Positions 9,357 through 18,633 of a DNA stretch of 64,000 nt are shown here, piece by piece. The stretch is from NCBI GenBank assembly GCA_046727155.1, contig JBKPCB010000027.1:2626-66625 (forward strand). The letters run 5' to 3'. The notes under the pieces were generated by a model. It saw only the letters and a program-made list of their open reading frames with translations. It searched no databases and had not been told where the DNA came from. A program made the position numbers and the translations under genes. Position 1 is the first letter of the stretch; each line of letters begins with the position of its first letter. Source of the DNA: Candidatus Methylomirabilota bacterium. Lineage in GTDB: Bacteria; Methylomirabilota; Methylomirabilia; Rokubacteriales; CSP1-6.

Positions 9357-10115
9357 ATGGCAAAGCGGCTCAGCTCGGCCAAGCGGACCTACACGCTGCG
9401 GAATGCCGCGGCGGTGGTGTTCGCGCTGACGTCCATCCTCCCGATGCTGCTGTTCACCTACACGCTCTACGCGGTGCACAAGCTGGGGGAGACGCAGGCA
9501 GCGCTCGGTCTCGGCCTGGCGCTATTCTTCGCCCTCATCGGGGGCTTCATTTTCATGAATCTGATGGGCCGGCTCTCCGAGCTCCTGCGCTTCATCGAGG
9601 AGCAGGCTGAGGAGGAGGCCGAGGCACCGAAGACCGCGCCGAACCTGCCGACCACCTCCGCCGCCGGCACGGCGCCGAGCACGACCCCGCCGAGGACTGC
9701 CCCCCTCGGCGCCACCGCCGGGTCCCCGGGCTCGGCCCCGCTCCCGGGCGCGATGCCGCCTTCGGCGGGCGCCCGGCCGGTGGGCGTTCAGCCTCCCCGT
9801 CCAGCCCCCACGCAGCCGCCGGGCATCGTCGTGCCCGGCTTGGGCACCATCACCGCGGCCCGGCGCGCCGCCACGGCGGCCCGACACGCGGCCGGCGCCT
9901 TCGACGACGTGCAAAAAACCATGTGGCAGACGGAGGCCCAGCGTCACTTGGGTCATCGAGTCCTCATCTCGGTGAAGAACGCGACCGAGCCCATTCCCGG
10001 TAACCTCGCTCAGATCGCCGATGACGGTGTCCTGCTCGAGCAGAACGGCGAGCGAGTCGCGGTCAGCTACCTCCGCATCACGAACATCGAGCTCGACAGC
10101 AAACGCTCCGGGTAG
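9357..10115 (+). CDS. Hypothetical membrane protein with a Pro/Ala-rich linker
   Basis: It has two N-terminal hydrophobic helices, a low-complexity P/A/T-rich segment and a C-terminal globular part. It has no recognisable family. Confidence 0.5.
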   Translation: MAKRLSSAKRTYTLRNAAAVVFALTSILPMLLFTYTLYAVHKLGETQAALGLGLALFFALIGGFIFMNLMGRLSELLRFIEEQAEEEAEAPKTAPNLPTTSAAGTAPSTTPPRTAPLGATAGSPGSAPLPGAMPPSAGARPVGVQPPRPAPTQPPGIVVPGLGTITAARRAATAARHAAGAFDDVQKTMWQTEAQRHLGHRVLISVKNATEPIPGNLAQIADDGVLLEQNGERVAVSYLRITNIELDSKRSG

Positions 10116-10236
10116 ACTCTCCCGGCGCCTGCCGGCTTCCGCCGTTTGCCTTCCCCGGTGGCCTTGGGTATTCTCTGGGCGGCGCGCGACTGAAGCGCCA
10201 CGCTCCCACAGCCCATTCCAGAGGAGGAGCCCACCC

Positions 10237-11484
10237 ATGCCGCCCAGAGCATCAGCCAAACGAGAATCGTCCAGCCGCGAAGCCACGGGCCGTCTGAGCC
10301 GCCGGGACCTATTGCGCGGGGGGGCCGTCCTCGGAATGGGGCTGGCACTGGCGCCCGCGGTGCCGGCTTTCGCCCAGAAGAAGACGGTCAAGCTGGCCTT
10401 CATCGGCCCGCTCACCGGCGGCACCGCCTCTAATGGTCTCGGTGGCCGGAACTCCTTCCTGCTGGCCGTTCAGGAGCGGAATGCGGACCCCAAGAGCAAG
10501 TACCACTATGAGACCGAGGTGCTGGATGACGAGTGCAAGCCCACGGTGGCCGTTCAAGCCGCCCTCAAGGCCTCCTCGGACCCGCAGATCGTGGCGGGCG
10601 TCACGCATTACTGCTCGGTGACCGCCATCGCGACGGTTGACACCTACCATAAGGCCGGAATGCCGGCCATGGTCTGGGGTGCCGTGCTGCCCGAGATCAC
10701 CTATAGCCACGACTATGTGGAGATCTCCCGCGTCAACGGCACGATGATCAACCAGAACAACGTGGCCGCCGACTTCGCGGTCAAGACCCTCGGGTTCAAG
10801 ACATTCGCCCTGATCCACGACACCACCGACTACGGCCGCGCCCATGCCAAGTGGTTCACGGAATTCGTCGAGAAAGCAGGCGGCAAGATCCTCTCAACGC
10901 AGGGAACGGCCAAGGATCAGAAGGACTATGCGGCCGAGCTCACGCGCGCGAAGGCGGACAAGCCCGAGGTGGTCTGGTACGGCGGGCTGACGCCCGATGG
11001 CGTGCGCGTCAAGGTCCAGATGGACAAGCTCGGCATCCGCGCCCAGTTCCAGGGGACCAGCGGCATCAAGTCCGACACCTTCAACGAGACAGCCGGTCCG
11101 TCGGCCGAGGGCACGCTCGCCTTCGTCGAGGGCGCGCCCACCGAGAAGCTGCCCGGGGGCAGGAAGTTCCTCGAGGCCTACGCCAAGGCGGGCTTCAAGG
11201 AGCCCTCCGAGGCCTACGGTCCGTTCGCCTATGTGGCCGCCAATCTGGTCATCGACGCGATAGAGGCCGTGGGTCCCGACCGTGCCAAGGTCGCCGCCAG
11301 GCTCAAGCGGACCAAGAACGCCAACACCATCATCGGGCCCGTGGACTTCGACGACCACGGCCAGAATACCGTCGCGCTCATCTCGAAGTACGTGAGCCAG
11401 GACGGCAAGTGGGTGCTCTGGGAGGACTCCGAGTACGCCTCCGGCAAGCGCACCCTGCCCGGGCTGAAGTTCAAGAAGCTCTAA
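10237..11484 (+). CDS. livK: Branched-chain amino acid ABC transporter substrate-binding protein, with a Tat/Sec signal
   Basis: The RBS GAGGAGG precedes the start. The N-terminus has an RRDLLRG twin-arginine motif, and the protein has a LivK/LivJ-like periplasmic binding fold. Confidence 0.8.
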   Translation: MPPRASAKRESSSREATGRLSRRDLLRGGAVLGMGLALAPAVPAFAQKKTVKLAFIGPLTGGTASNGLGGRNSFLLAVQERNADPKSKYHYETEVLDDECKPTVAVQAALKASSDPQIVAGVTHYCSVTAIATVDTYHKAGMPAMVWGAVLPEITYSHDYVEISRVNGTMINQNNVAADFAVKTLGFKTFALIHDTTDYGRAHAKWFTEFVEKAGGKILSTQGTAKDQKDYAAELTRAKADKPEVVWYGGLTPDGVRVKVQMDKLGIRAQFQGTSGIKSDTFNETAGPSAEGTLAFVEGAPTEKLPGGRKFLEAYAKAGFKEPSEAYGPFAYVAANLVIDAIEAVGPDRAKVAARLKRTKNANTIIGPVDFDDHGQNTVALISKYVSQDGKWVLWEDSEYASGKRTLPGLKFKKL

Positions 11485-11505
11485 GAGCCGCCCCGCGCGC
11501 GCCGG

Positions 11506-12429
11506 ATGCCGCCGCCGGAGCTGCTCTTCCAGCAGGCCTTCAACGGCCTGATGCTGGGAGTGATGTACGCGCTGGTCGCCGTTGGATTCACGCTGTTCTT
11601 CGGCGTGCTCGACGTCATCCACTTCTCTCACGGCGACATCTTCATGCTCGGCGCCTTCGCGGGACTGTCGGTGCTGGCCGGGCTGCACGCGATCGGCATC
11701 GGCGGCGCCGCGGTCATGCTGACCCTGGCCTTCCTCGCCTCGATCCTCATCACCGGACTGGTGGGCGTGGCCGCCGAGCGCGTCTGCGTCAAGCCGCTCG
11801 CGCGCGCTTCGCCGCTGATGACGCTGCTCGCCACGCTCTCGCTCGGCCTCGTGATCAGAGAGTCGGTGCTGATCTTCTACCCGCGCGGCGCCGACCCCAA
11901 GCCCTTCCCCCAACTCCTGCCCCAGGGCGGCTTCGAGGTGGCGGGCGTGGCGGTGCGCTACGAAAACCTGGCCATTCTCGCCATTGGCTTCGGCGCCATG
12001 GTGGCCGTGGACCTGGTGATCACCCGGACGCGGATGGGTGCGGCCATCCGCGCCGTGGCCCAGGATCCGGAGGCCGCCCAGATGATGGGCGTCAATCTCG
12101 ACCGCACCGTCGACGCCACCTTCTTCATCGGCTCGGGGCTCGCCGCGGTAGCGGGCATTCTCTCGGGGCTGTACTACAGCGAGATCCACTTCATCATGGG
12201 CATCACCGGCGGCGTCATCGGCTTCTCCGCGGCCGCCATTGGCGGGCTGGGGAACGTCTACGGCGCGATCCTGGGCGGGCTGCTCTTTGGCGTGCTGCAG
12301 ACGACGGCTGCGGCGCTCATCCCGCGGGGTTCCGAGTTCCGCGACGTCGTCGCCTTCGCCGTGGTGATGCTCTTCCTCATCCTCAAGCCCAGCGGGATCC
12401 TCGGCGAGAAATCGGTGGAGCGCGTCTAG
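11506..12429 (+). CDS. livH: Branched-chain amino acid ABC transporter permease
   Basis: It is a multi-pass permease with a typical LivH layout, sitting between the substrate-binding protein and the second permease. Confidence 0.85.
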   Translation: MPPPELLFQQAFNGLMLGVMYALVAVGFTLFFGVLDVIHFSHGDIFMLGAFAGLSVLAGLHAIGIGGAAVMLTLAFLASILITGLVGVAAERVCVKPLARASPLMTLLATLSLGLVIRESVLIFYPRGADPKPFPQLLPQGGFEVAGVAVRYENLAILAIGFGAMVAVDLVITRTRMGAAIRAVAQDPEAAQMMGVNLDRTVDATFFIGSGLAAVAGILSGLYYSEIHFIMGITGGVIGFSAAAIGGLGNVYGAILGGLLFGVLQTTAAALIPRGSEFRDVVAFAVVMLFLILKPSGILGEKSVERV

Positions 12430-12430
12430 T

Positions 12431-12528
12431 GGGGTCAGGTCTTGAATTCATACATTTCATGACAAGACTGGTCAGCCCACGCCTGCCGCTTTTCGGCACG
12501 AAATGTCGTATTTCAAGACCTGACCCCG
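12431..12528. repeat. MITE/REP-like element: a 16-bp perfect terminal inverted repeat (ggggtcaggtcttgaa / ttcaagacctgacccc) flanking a 66-bp AT-richer core, sitting between livH and livM
   Basis: This was read directly from the sequence. GC drops to about 45% inside the element against about 70% around it. It fills exactly the livH-livM intergenic gap. Confidence 0.6.
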
Positions 12529-12529
12529 C

Positions 12530-13651
12530 ATGCTGCTGGTTCTGCTGACCGAGGCGGCGCTCTTCGTCCTCGTCGTGGCGGCCGTGCTGGCCGAGCGCCC
12601 GGCGGCGCTCGGCGCAACGGGCGCCGCGCTGCTCGCGACCCTCGCCGCCGTCCGCTTCGTCGCGCCGCTGCGAGCCGCGCTCCGGTCGGCCTTCGCTCGC
12701 CACCGCACCGTGGCCCTCTTCGGGGGCGCCCTCCTGGCCCTGGCCCTGCCCTTCCCGCTGGCTGCGAGTCCCTACTGGACGTTCGTCGCCACCCTGGCCC
12801 TGCTCTACGTGACCATCGGCCAAGGGCTCAACTTCCAGATCGGGACGGCGGGCGTGCTGAACCTGGCGGGCGCGGCCTTCGCCGGGCTGGGCGGCTACAC
12901 GGTCGGTTTGCTCACCGTCAGCGCGGGATGGCCGGCCTGGCTCGCGGTCCTGGCCGGCCCCCTGGTGGCGGTCGCCGTGGGCGCCGTGCTCTTCGTCCCG
13001 ATCCTCAAAACCCGCGGACACTATCTCGCCCTGGTCACCATCGCATTCGTCTTCATCTTTAACATCCTGATGAACAACTTCGAGTTCACGGGCGGGCCAC
13101 AGGGGATCAAGAACATCCCCACGCTGCGCCTCGCCGGCTATGCCTTCACGTCGAAGCCGGTGGTGTTCGGTGTGCCGCTCCCGGCGCATGCCAATTTCTA
13201 CTTCGCGGCCCTCGCCATGGCGGCGCTGACAACCTGGATCATCCGCCGGCTCTATGACTCCTGGCTCGGGTTGGCACTCAACACACTGCGCGACGACGAA
13301 ATCGCGGCCAAGTGCTGCGGCATCTCCATCACCCGCGGCAAGCTCGCGGCCTTCTCCATCGGCAACTTCTTCATCGGACTGGGCGGCGCCTTCTACGCGG
13401 TGATGGTGGGCTTCGTCTCCCCGCCCGATTTTGATTTCGGCTACTCGCTGGTAATGCTCTCGGTGATCATCATCGGAGGCGTGGACTCGATTCCCGGTGT
13501 GATCCTGGGCGCGTGCCTGCTCGTGCCGCTGCCCGAGCGCTTCCGCTTCCTGCACGAGTACCGGCTGCTGCTCTACGGCGTCGTCATCGTCGTCATGCTG
13601 CTCTACCGCCCGCAGGGACTCTGGCCCGCGGCGGTGCGACGGTACCGGTGA
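12530..13651 (+). CDS. livM: Branched-chain amino acid ABC transporter permease
   Basis: It is a LivM-type permease with a long N-terminal hydrophobic extension. Confidence 0.85.
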   Translation: MLLVLLTEAALFVLVVAAVLAERPAALGATGAALLATLAAVRFVAPLRAALRSAFARHRTVALFGGALLALALPFPLAASPYWTFVATLALLYVTIGQGLNFQIGTAGVLNLAGAAFAGLGGYTVGLLTVSAGWPAWLAVLAGPLVAVAVGAVLFVPILKTRGHYLALVTIAFVFIFNILMNNFEFTGGPQGIKNIPTLRLAGYAFTSKPVVFGVPLPAHANFYFAALAMAALTTWIIRRLYDSWLGLALNTLRDDEIAAKCCGISITRGKLAAFSIGNFFIGLGGAFYAVMVGFVSPPDFDFGYSLVMLSVIIIGGVDSIPGVILGACLLVPLPERFRFLHEYRLLLYGVVIVVMLLYRPQGLWPAAVRRYR

Positions 13652-13652
13652 G

Positions 13653-14435
13653 ATGAGCCTGCTCGAAACGCGCGGCCTCTCGGTGCGCTTCGGCGGGCTG
13701 ATCGCCCTCGACGGCGTGGATCTGGCCGTCGAGCCCGCGGAGACCCTGGGCGTCATCGGGCCCAATGGCTCGGGGAAGACGACCTTCTTCAATGCGCTGA
13801 CCGGGCTCTACGCGGCGGCGGGCGGCGACATCCGCTTCGAGGGCCGGAGCCTCGTCGGCCTCGAGCCGCACGCGATCTCGCGGCTGGGCATCGCGCGCAC
13901 CTTCCAGTCGAGCCGCCTGTGCCTGGGCCTCTCCGTCTTCGACAATGTTCTGATCGGCATGCACCCGCGGCGGCGGACGGGGCTCGCGGACTTCGTCCTG
14001 CGGCGCGCGCGCTTCCGGGCCGAGATTCGCGGCGCGATCGAGCGGGCCGCCCATCTTCTCGCCCTGTTCAATCGTGAGCTCCCCGCGCGCGGCTTCGTTC
14101 CGGTGGGCCAGCTGCCCCAGATCGACCGCCGGCGCGTGGAGATCTGCCGTGCGCTGGCCTCCCAGCCGCGCCTGCTGCTGCTCGACGAGCCCTCGGCGGG
14201 CATGAGCCCGGAGGAGACCGTGGAGCTCATGCGCGATCTGCAGATCGTGAGCGAAGAGATGCCGGGGCTCTCGGTGATCATCATCGAGCACGACATGTTC
14301 GTGATCGAGGGCGTAAGCCGGCGCGTGGTGGCGTTCAACTACGGGCGGAAGATCGCCGAGGGCTCCTTCGCCGCCGTCGCCGGCAATGCCGAGGTCCGCG
14401 AGGCCTACCTCGGCAAGGAGGCGGCCCGTGCTTGA
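13653..14435 (+). CDS. livG: Branched-chain amino acid ABC transporter ATP-binding protein
   Basis: It has a Walker A motif GPNGSGKTT, a signature motif and the LivG-like C-terminal extension. Confidence 0.85.
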   Translation: MSLLETRGLSVRFGGLIALDGVDLAVEPAETLGVIGPNGSGKTTFFNALTGLYAAAGGDIRFEGRSLVGLEPHAISRLGIARTFQSSRLCLGLSVFDNVLIGMHPRRRTGLADFVLRRARFRAEIRGAIERAAHLLALFNRELPARGFVPVGQLPQIDRRRVEICRALASQPRLLLLDEPSAGMSPEETVELMRDLQIVSEEMPGLSVIIIEHDMFVIEGVSRRVVAFNYGRKIAEGSFAAVAGNAEVREAYLGKEAARA

Positions 14436-15132
14436 GCTGCGAGGCGTGAGCACGCGGTACGGGGCCATCGGGATGCTGCGGGACGTGACGCTCGCCGTCG
14501 GCCGCGGCCAGATCGCCTGCCTCCTCGGGTCCAACGGCGCGGGCAAGACGACGGTGATCCGCGCCATCCTGGGCATCGTCAAGCCCGTTGGGGGATCGAT
14601 CTGGTTCGACGGCGAGCGCATCGACCACCTCCGCACCCATCAGGTGGTGGCCCTCGGCATCGCCGTGGTGCCCGAGGGTCGGCGCGTCTTCCCCAAGATG
14701 ACGGTGGAGGAGAACCTCCGGATGGGGGCCTTCGCCGACTGGACCACGGCCGACTTGGCAGCCCGCCGCGAGCACGTCTATACGCTCTTCCCCCGTCTCG
14801 CCGAGCGGCGGAGCCAGAAGGCGGCGACCATGTCGGGGGGCGAGCAGGCCATGCTGGCCATGGGGCGGGCGCTCATGAGCCGCCCCAAGCTGCTCCTGCT
14901 CGACGAGCCGTCGCTGGGGCTTTCGCCGCTCCTGGTCGAGCAGCTCTTCGAAATGGTGCAGACCATCAACCGCGGCGGCACCACCGTGTTCCTCGTCGAG
15001 CAGAACGCGCGAAAGACGCTTGCCATCGCGCACCACGGTTTTCTCCTCCAGAAGGGCGAGATCGTCGGCCGCGGCAGCGCGGCGGAGCTCGCCGCCTCCG
15101 AGGTCGTCCGCCACGCCTACTTGCGGGGGTGA
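14428..15132 (+). CDS. livF: Branched-chain amino acid ABC transporter ATP-binding protein
   Basis: It has a Walker A motif GSNGAGKTT and an MSGGEQ signature. The GTG start overlaps the livG end by 8 nt. Confidence 0.85.
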   Translation: MLELRGVSTRYGAIGMLRDVTLAVGRGQIACLLGSNGAGKTTVIRAILGIVKPVGGSIWFDGERIDHLRTHQVVALGIAVVPEGRRVFPKMTVEENLRMGAFADWTTADLAARREHVYTLFPRLAERRSQKAATMSGGEQAMLAMGRALMSRPKLLLLDEPSLGLSPLLVEQLFEMVQTINRGGTTVFLVEQNARKTLAIAHHGFLLQKGEIVGRGSAAELAASEVVRHAYLRG

Positions 15133-15983
15133 GCGGGAGTCCTGAGCGGGGCGCAGGGATCGGGCCGCTCCACCGCCGGAGTAAGCCAGACGATGTCGGC
15201 GCGCGCGCTGAGGCCGCCGGAGTCTCCCGCGGCGGATTCCTCCGCCATCTCAACCACGAGCTGACGCGTGCCGGGGCGGAGCGCGTCGAGCTGGGCTGGC
15301 AGCCCGCCAGGCTCCTGATGTCCGTCCCCCACGATCACCACCACCTGCCGGTGGCGCTCGAGCGCCTGGGCGATTCGGCGCGCCATGGTCACGTTCCGCG
15401 CATGCCAGGCCTCGACCATGGAGGGCAGCTGGGATTCCGGCAGGAGATTGCAGTGGGCGTCCCTGATCGTCCGCGCGATCTTGGCCTCGCGCTCGGCGTC
15501 GGTGGGGAGCAGCGAGGCAAGGCTGGAGCGAGTCGTCCCAGCGGTGGCGAGGCCCTCGCGTGCGATCCGACGGGCGACGGCGGGATCGAGATCGACTGCG
15601 ACGACGTCGAGCCCGTAACGCTCGGCCAGATCGAATAGCGGCCAGTACATCTCAAAGTCGGGCCAGCCCCGCGCCTTCCAATGGAGCCGGTCCGCGAGTG
15701 TCTGCGGCCCGAGACGTTCGGACACCGCGCGGTCCATCGTGCCCTGCTGGCCCATGTCGAGCATCTCGAACGCCAGCGCCGGCCTCGCGCCGGACGCGAG
15801 CATGGCCTCGAGAATCTGACGCTGATGGATATGGTGGTGGGGATTGTCGTGCTCCTCGCCCAGATAGATCACTTCGGCCTCGCGCGCGCGCGCGGCGACC
15901 GCGCCGGCCTGGGCGACCGAATCGCCGTCTGCGGGAAGCGATAGCGGTCCGGCGCAGCCGGCCAGCAGCAGCGCCGCGGCCAT
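15117..15983 (-). CDS. ChaN-family (haem-binding / Tiki-TraB-like) lipoprotein
   Basis: MAAALLLAGCAG is a lipobox. Conserved YLGEEHDNPHHH and VVIVGDGH motifs match the ChaN/Cj0178 family. Confidence 0.55.
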   Translation of the reverse strand: MAAALLLAGCAGPLSLPADGDSVAQAGAVAARAREAEVIYLGEEHDNPHHHIHQRQILEAMLASGARPALAFEMLDMGQQGTMDRAVSERLGPQTLADRLHWKARGWPDFEMYWPLFDLAERYGLDVVAVDLDPAVARRIAREGLATAGTTRSSLASLLPTDAEREAKIARTIRDAHCNLLPESQLPSMVEAWHARNVTMARRIAQALERHRQVVVIVGDGHQEPGGLPAQLDALRPGTRQLVVEMAEESAAGDSGGLSARADIVWLTPAVERPDPCAPLRTPAHPRK

Positions 15984-16000
15984 CGAGCCCCGGCGCGCGC

Positions 16001-16771
16001 TCACACGAGGATGAGGCGGGCGCCCTGGGTCAGCGCGGAATCGAGCGTTCCCTTGCGCCCTCCTGCGGTGGTCAGCGTGGCGGCGCAGGGACCGGGGCCT
16101 CGCGTCCGGAGCCATTCGGCAACGGGTCCCACCGCCCCGCTCGGCGCCAGCACCTCGACGGCCTGGCGGCCCACGGTGAAGCGGGCGCCCTCGGCCTGAA
16201 GCTCGTCCCGCCGGACGGCCTGCCCCTTCCGGCCCACAGCGCTCTCGTACCAGAGCGTCACGGCCCGCGCGTCGGTGACCGCGACCGTGATCGTGCCCAC
16301 CCCCGAGACGCGATTGACATGCGCTGCCGGACGCGGGACGCGCTCGGAGCGCGGCGTCTCGTCATGGATGAGGAAGGGCGCCACCCCCCGGAACGCGCCC
16401 TCGGGCTTGGCCAGCTGCCAGCGGAGCTGGACGCCGTCCGGCCGCGCGCGGGCGCCGGGCTCGGGATCGGTGATGGTCACGCCCGCGCGCCTGAAGGCCG
16501 CCGAGTCGGAGGCGAGGTCGGTGCTGGCCAGGCAGAAGTCGATCAACCCGCCGCCCCGCTCGAGCGCGTCCCACCAGCGGTGCTTCGGACTTGGCTCGTA
16601 GAAGGCGAGGAGCTCGATATAGCTGCCGTCGGCGAACGAGATAAGCGCGTTATGGGTGCTCTCTGGATGGCGGCCGCCGCTGACGACGGCGAAGCCCGCC
16701 TCGGTATAGCTGCGGGCCGCGGCGGCCAGGTCCTTCACGGCGACCACGAGGTGGTCGAGTCCTTCGATCAT
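16001..16771 (-). CDS. VOC family (glyoxalase/bleomycin-resistance/dioxygenase fold) protein
   Basis: It begins MIEGLDHLVVAVKDL and has a tandem VOC-like beta-alpha-beta-beta-beta module. Its ATG overlaps the TGA of the upstream TPR gene in an ATGA junction. Confidence 0.65.
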   Translation of the reverse strand: MIEGLDHLVVAVKDLAAAARSYTEAGFAVVSGGRHPESTHNALISFADGSYIELLAFYEPSPKHRWWDALERGGGLIDFCLASTDLASDSAAFRRAGVTITDPEPGARARPDGVQLRWQLAKPEGAFRGVAPFLIHDETPRSERVPRPAAHVNRVSGVGTITVAVTDARAVTLWYESAVGRKGQAVRRDELQAEGARFTVGRQAVEVLAPSGAVGPVAEWLRTRGPGPCAATLTTAGGRKGTLDSALTQGARLILV

Positions 16772-18633
16772 GCGCTCTTTTCCCGTCTCTTCACGGCGGC
16801 GAGGCCGTTGCGGAAGGTCGGCTCGTCCGGGTCGAGGCGCACCGCCTCGGTATACGCCGACTTGGCCTGCGCCCAGTGGCCCTGCCTGGCGAGCGCGGCG
16901 CCGAGGCGCGCATGGGCTTCGGCCAGATCCGGCTTGACACGGATAGCCGCGCGATAAGCGGCCTCGGCCTCGGCCCACCTGCCCTGCCGCTCGAGCGCCG
17001 TCCAGAGATTGAAGTGGCTCTGGGAATCGTCGGGCCGCAGCCGCAGCGCCTCGCGATACGCGGCCTCGGCCTCGGCCAGCATCCCTTGAGCCAGGAGCGC
17101 CGCGCCGAGGCCGCGGTGAGAGGCAGCGCGCCTGGGCTTGACACGCACGGCCTCGCGGAAGGCGTCCGCCGCCTCGGCGTACCGCCGCTGCTCCATACAG
17201 AGCTCGCCCAGGTCGGCGCGCGCCCGCGCGTAGCCGGGCTTGAGGCGAATCGCCTCGCGAAAGGCCGCCTCGGCATCCGCATGCCTGCCCTGGAAGTAGA
17301 GCGCCATGCCCAGCCCGCGGCGCAGCGCTGCGGCCTCGGGCTTGATCGCGAGCGCGTCGCGGTAGGCGGATTCTGAGTCGGCGTGGCGCCCCTGGCGGCC
17401 CAGGCCGAGGGCCAGGTTGGCGCGCGCCACCATGTCGGCCGGATTGAGCCGGATAGCCTCGCGCAGCGCCGCCTCGGCCTCGGCGTGGCGGCCCTGGCGG
17501 CCGAGCGCGATGCCCAGCTCGACGTGGAGGTCGGCATTGTCCGGCGCCTGCGCCACGGCGTCACGGAATGCCGCTTCCGCTTCGGCCAGCAGCCCCTGCG
17601 CTTCGAGCGCCAGCCCGAGGTCGGCGCGCAGGTTGGCGTCGTCGGGCCGCAGCTCGATCGCGCGGGCGTACGCCAGAGCCTCCTCGGACCACTTCTCCTG
17701 ACGCCGGCAGGCCATCGCCAACCCGAGCCAGGCGCCGAGGAAGTCGGGCCGGCGGAGAACGGACTGACGGAAGGCGGCCTCGGCCTCGGGAAAGCGGCCC
17801 TGACGCTCGAGCACCATGCCGAGATGGCCGACCCAGAAACCATTGTCGGGATCGAGACGAATGGCGCGCGTGTAGGCCGTGGCGGCTTCGCCTGGCCGCC
17901 GCAGGCGCTCGAGCATCAGACCCAGCCGGCCGTGGAGCTCGGATCTCTCAGGCTGCAGCTCGAGCGCATGCCGGTACGCGGCGGCGGCCTCGGCCCACTT
18001 GCGCTGCCGCTTGAGCGCGTCGCCCAGATGGACGCGCGCGCGGGCGCGGCGCGGGTCGAGATGGATCGCCTCGCGGAATGCCTCCGCGGCCTCCTCGTAG
18101 CGGCCAAGGCCGGCCAGCGCCAGTCCCAAGCCGTGATGGACTACCGCGTTGCGCGGGGCCAGACCGGCGGCTTCCGCATAGGCAACGACCGCCTCGCCGA
18201 GCTCGCCCCGCCGCGCGAGCGTGACGGCCAGGTTGTGGCGCGCCTCGGCATTACCCGGCGCCAGCCTCACGGCTTCGCGGATCGCGTGCTCCTCGTCGGC
18301 GTCCTTGCCCTGGCGTCGGCACGCGGCCGCCAGCCGCAGCCAGGCCAGCGCGTGGTCCCGCTTCCAGCGCACGGCCTCACGAAACGCCGTCTCCGCAGCC
18401 GCCCACTTGCGCTGGCGCTCGAGCGCGATCCCCAGCTTGAAGTGGGCCTTGACGCTGCGGGGGTCGGCCGCGGCGGCGGCGCTCAGCGCGCTCTCGGCTT
18501 CGGCGTAGCGCCCCTCGCGCAGCGAGCGGTCGCCGCGCTCGAGGTTCGAAGAAAACCCGTCCATGGCGCCCATACTAATCGCTTGTCGCCCAATCGCGAA
18601 GCCCGTAGGCTCGGGCGGTGACATCAGCGGCAC
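16768..18633 (-). CDS. Tetratricopeptide-repeat (TPR) protein
   Basis: More than 15 consecutive 34-aa TPR units follow the W-LG-Y-A-F-A-P pattern. The start codon is uncertain (18633, 18574 or 18565). Confidence 0.8.
   Translation of the reverse strand: MPLMSPPEPTGFAIGRQAISMGAMDGFSSNLERGDRSLREGRYAEAESALSAAAAADPRSVKAHFKLGIALERQRKWAAAETAFREAVRWKRDHALAWLRLAAACRRQGKDADEEHAIREAVRLAPGNAEARHNLAVTLARRGELGEAVVAYAEAAGLAPRNAVVHHGLGLALAGLGRYEEAAEAFREAIHLDPRRARARVHLGDALKRQRKWAEAAAAYRHALELQPERSELHGRLGLMLERLRRPGEAATAYTRAIRLDPDNGFWVGHLGMVLERQGRFPEAEAAFRQSVLRRPDFLGAWLGLAMACRRQEKWSEEALAYARAIELRPDDANLRADLGLALEAQGLLAEAEAAFRDAVAQAPDNADLHVELGIALGRQGRHAEAEAALREAIRLNPADMVARANLALGLGRQGRHADSESAYRDALAIKPEAAALRRGLGMALYFQGRHADAEAAFREAIRLKPGYARARADLGELCMEQRRYAEAADAFREAVRVKPRRAASHRGLGAALLAQGMLAEAEAAYREALRLRPDDSQSHFNLWTALERQGRWAEAEAAYRAAIRVKPDLAEAHARLGAALARQGHWAQAKSAYTEAVRLDPDEPTFRNGLAAVKRREKSA

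Noticed and set aside
16791-18621. Large ORFs in other frames and strands across the TPR gene (16791..17843, 17383..18621, 17568..18014).
   Set aside because: These are artefacts of repetitive GC-rich TPR-coding DNA. The TPR frame shows the canonical 34-residue periodicity.
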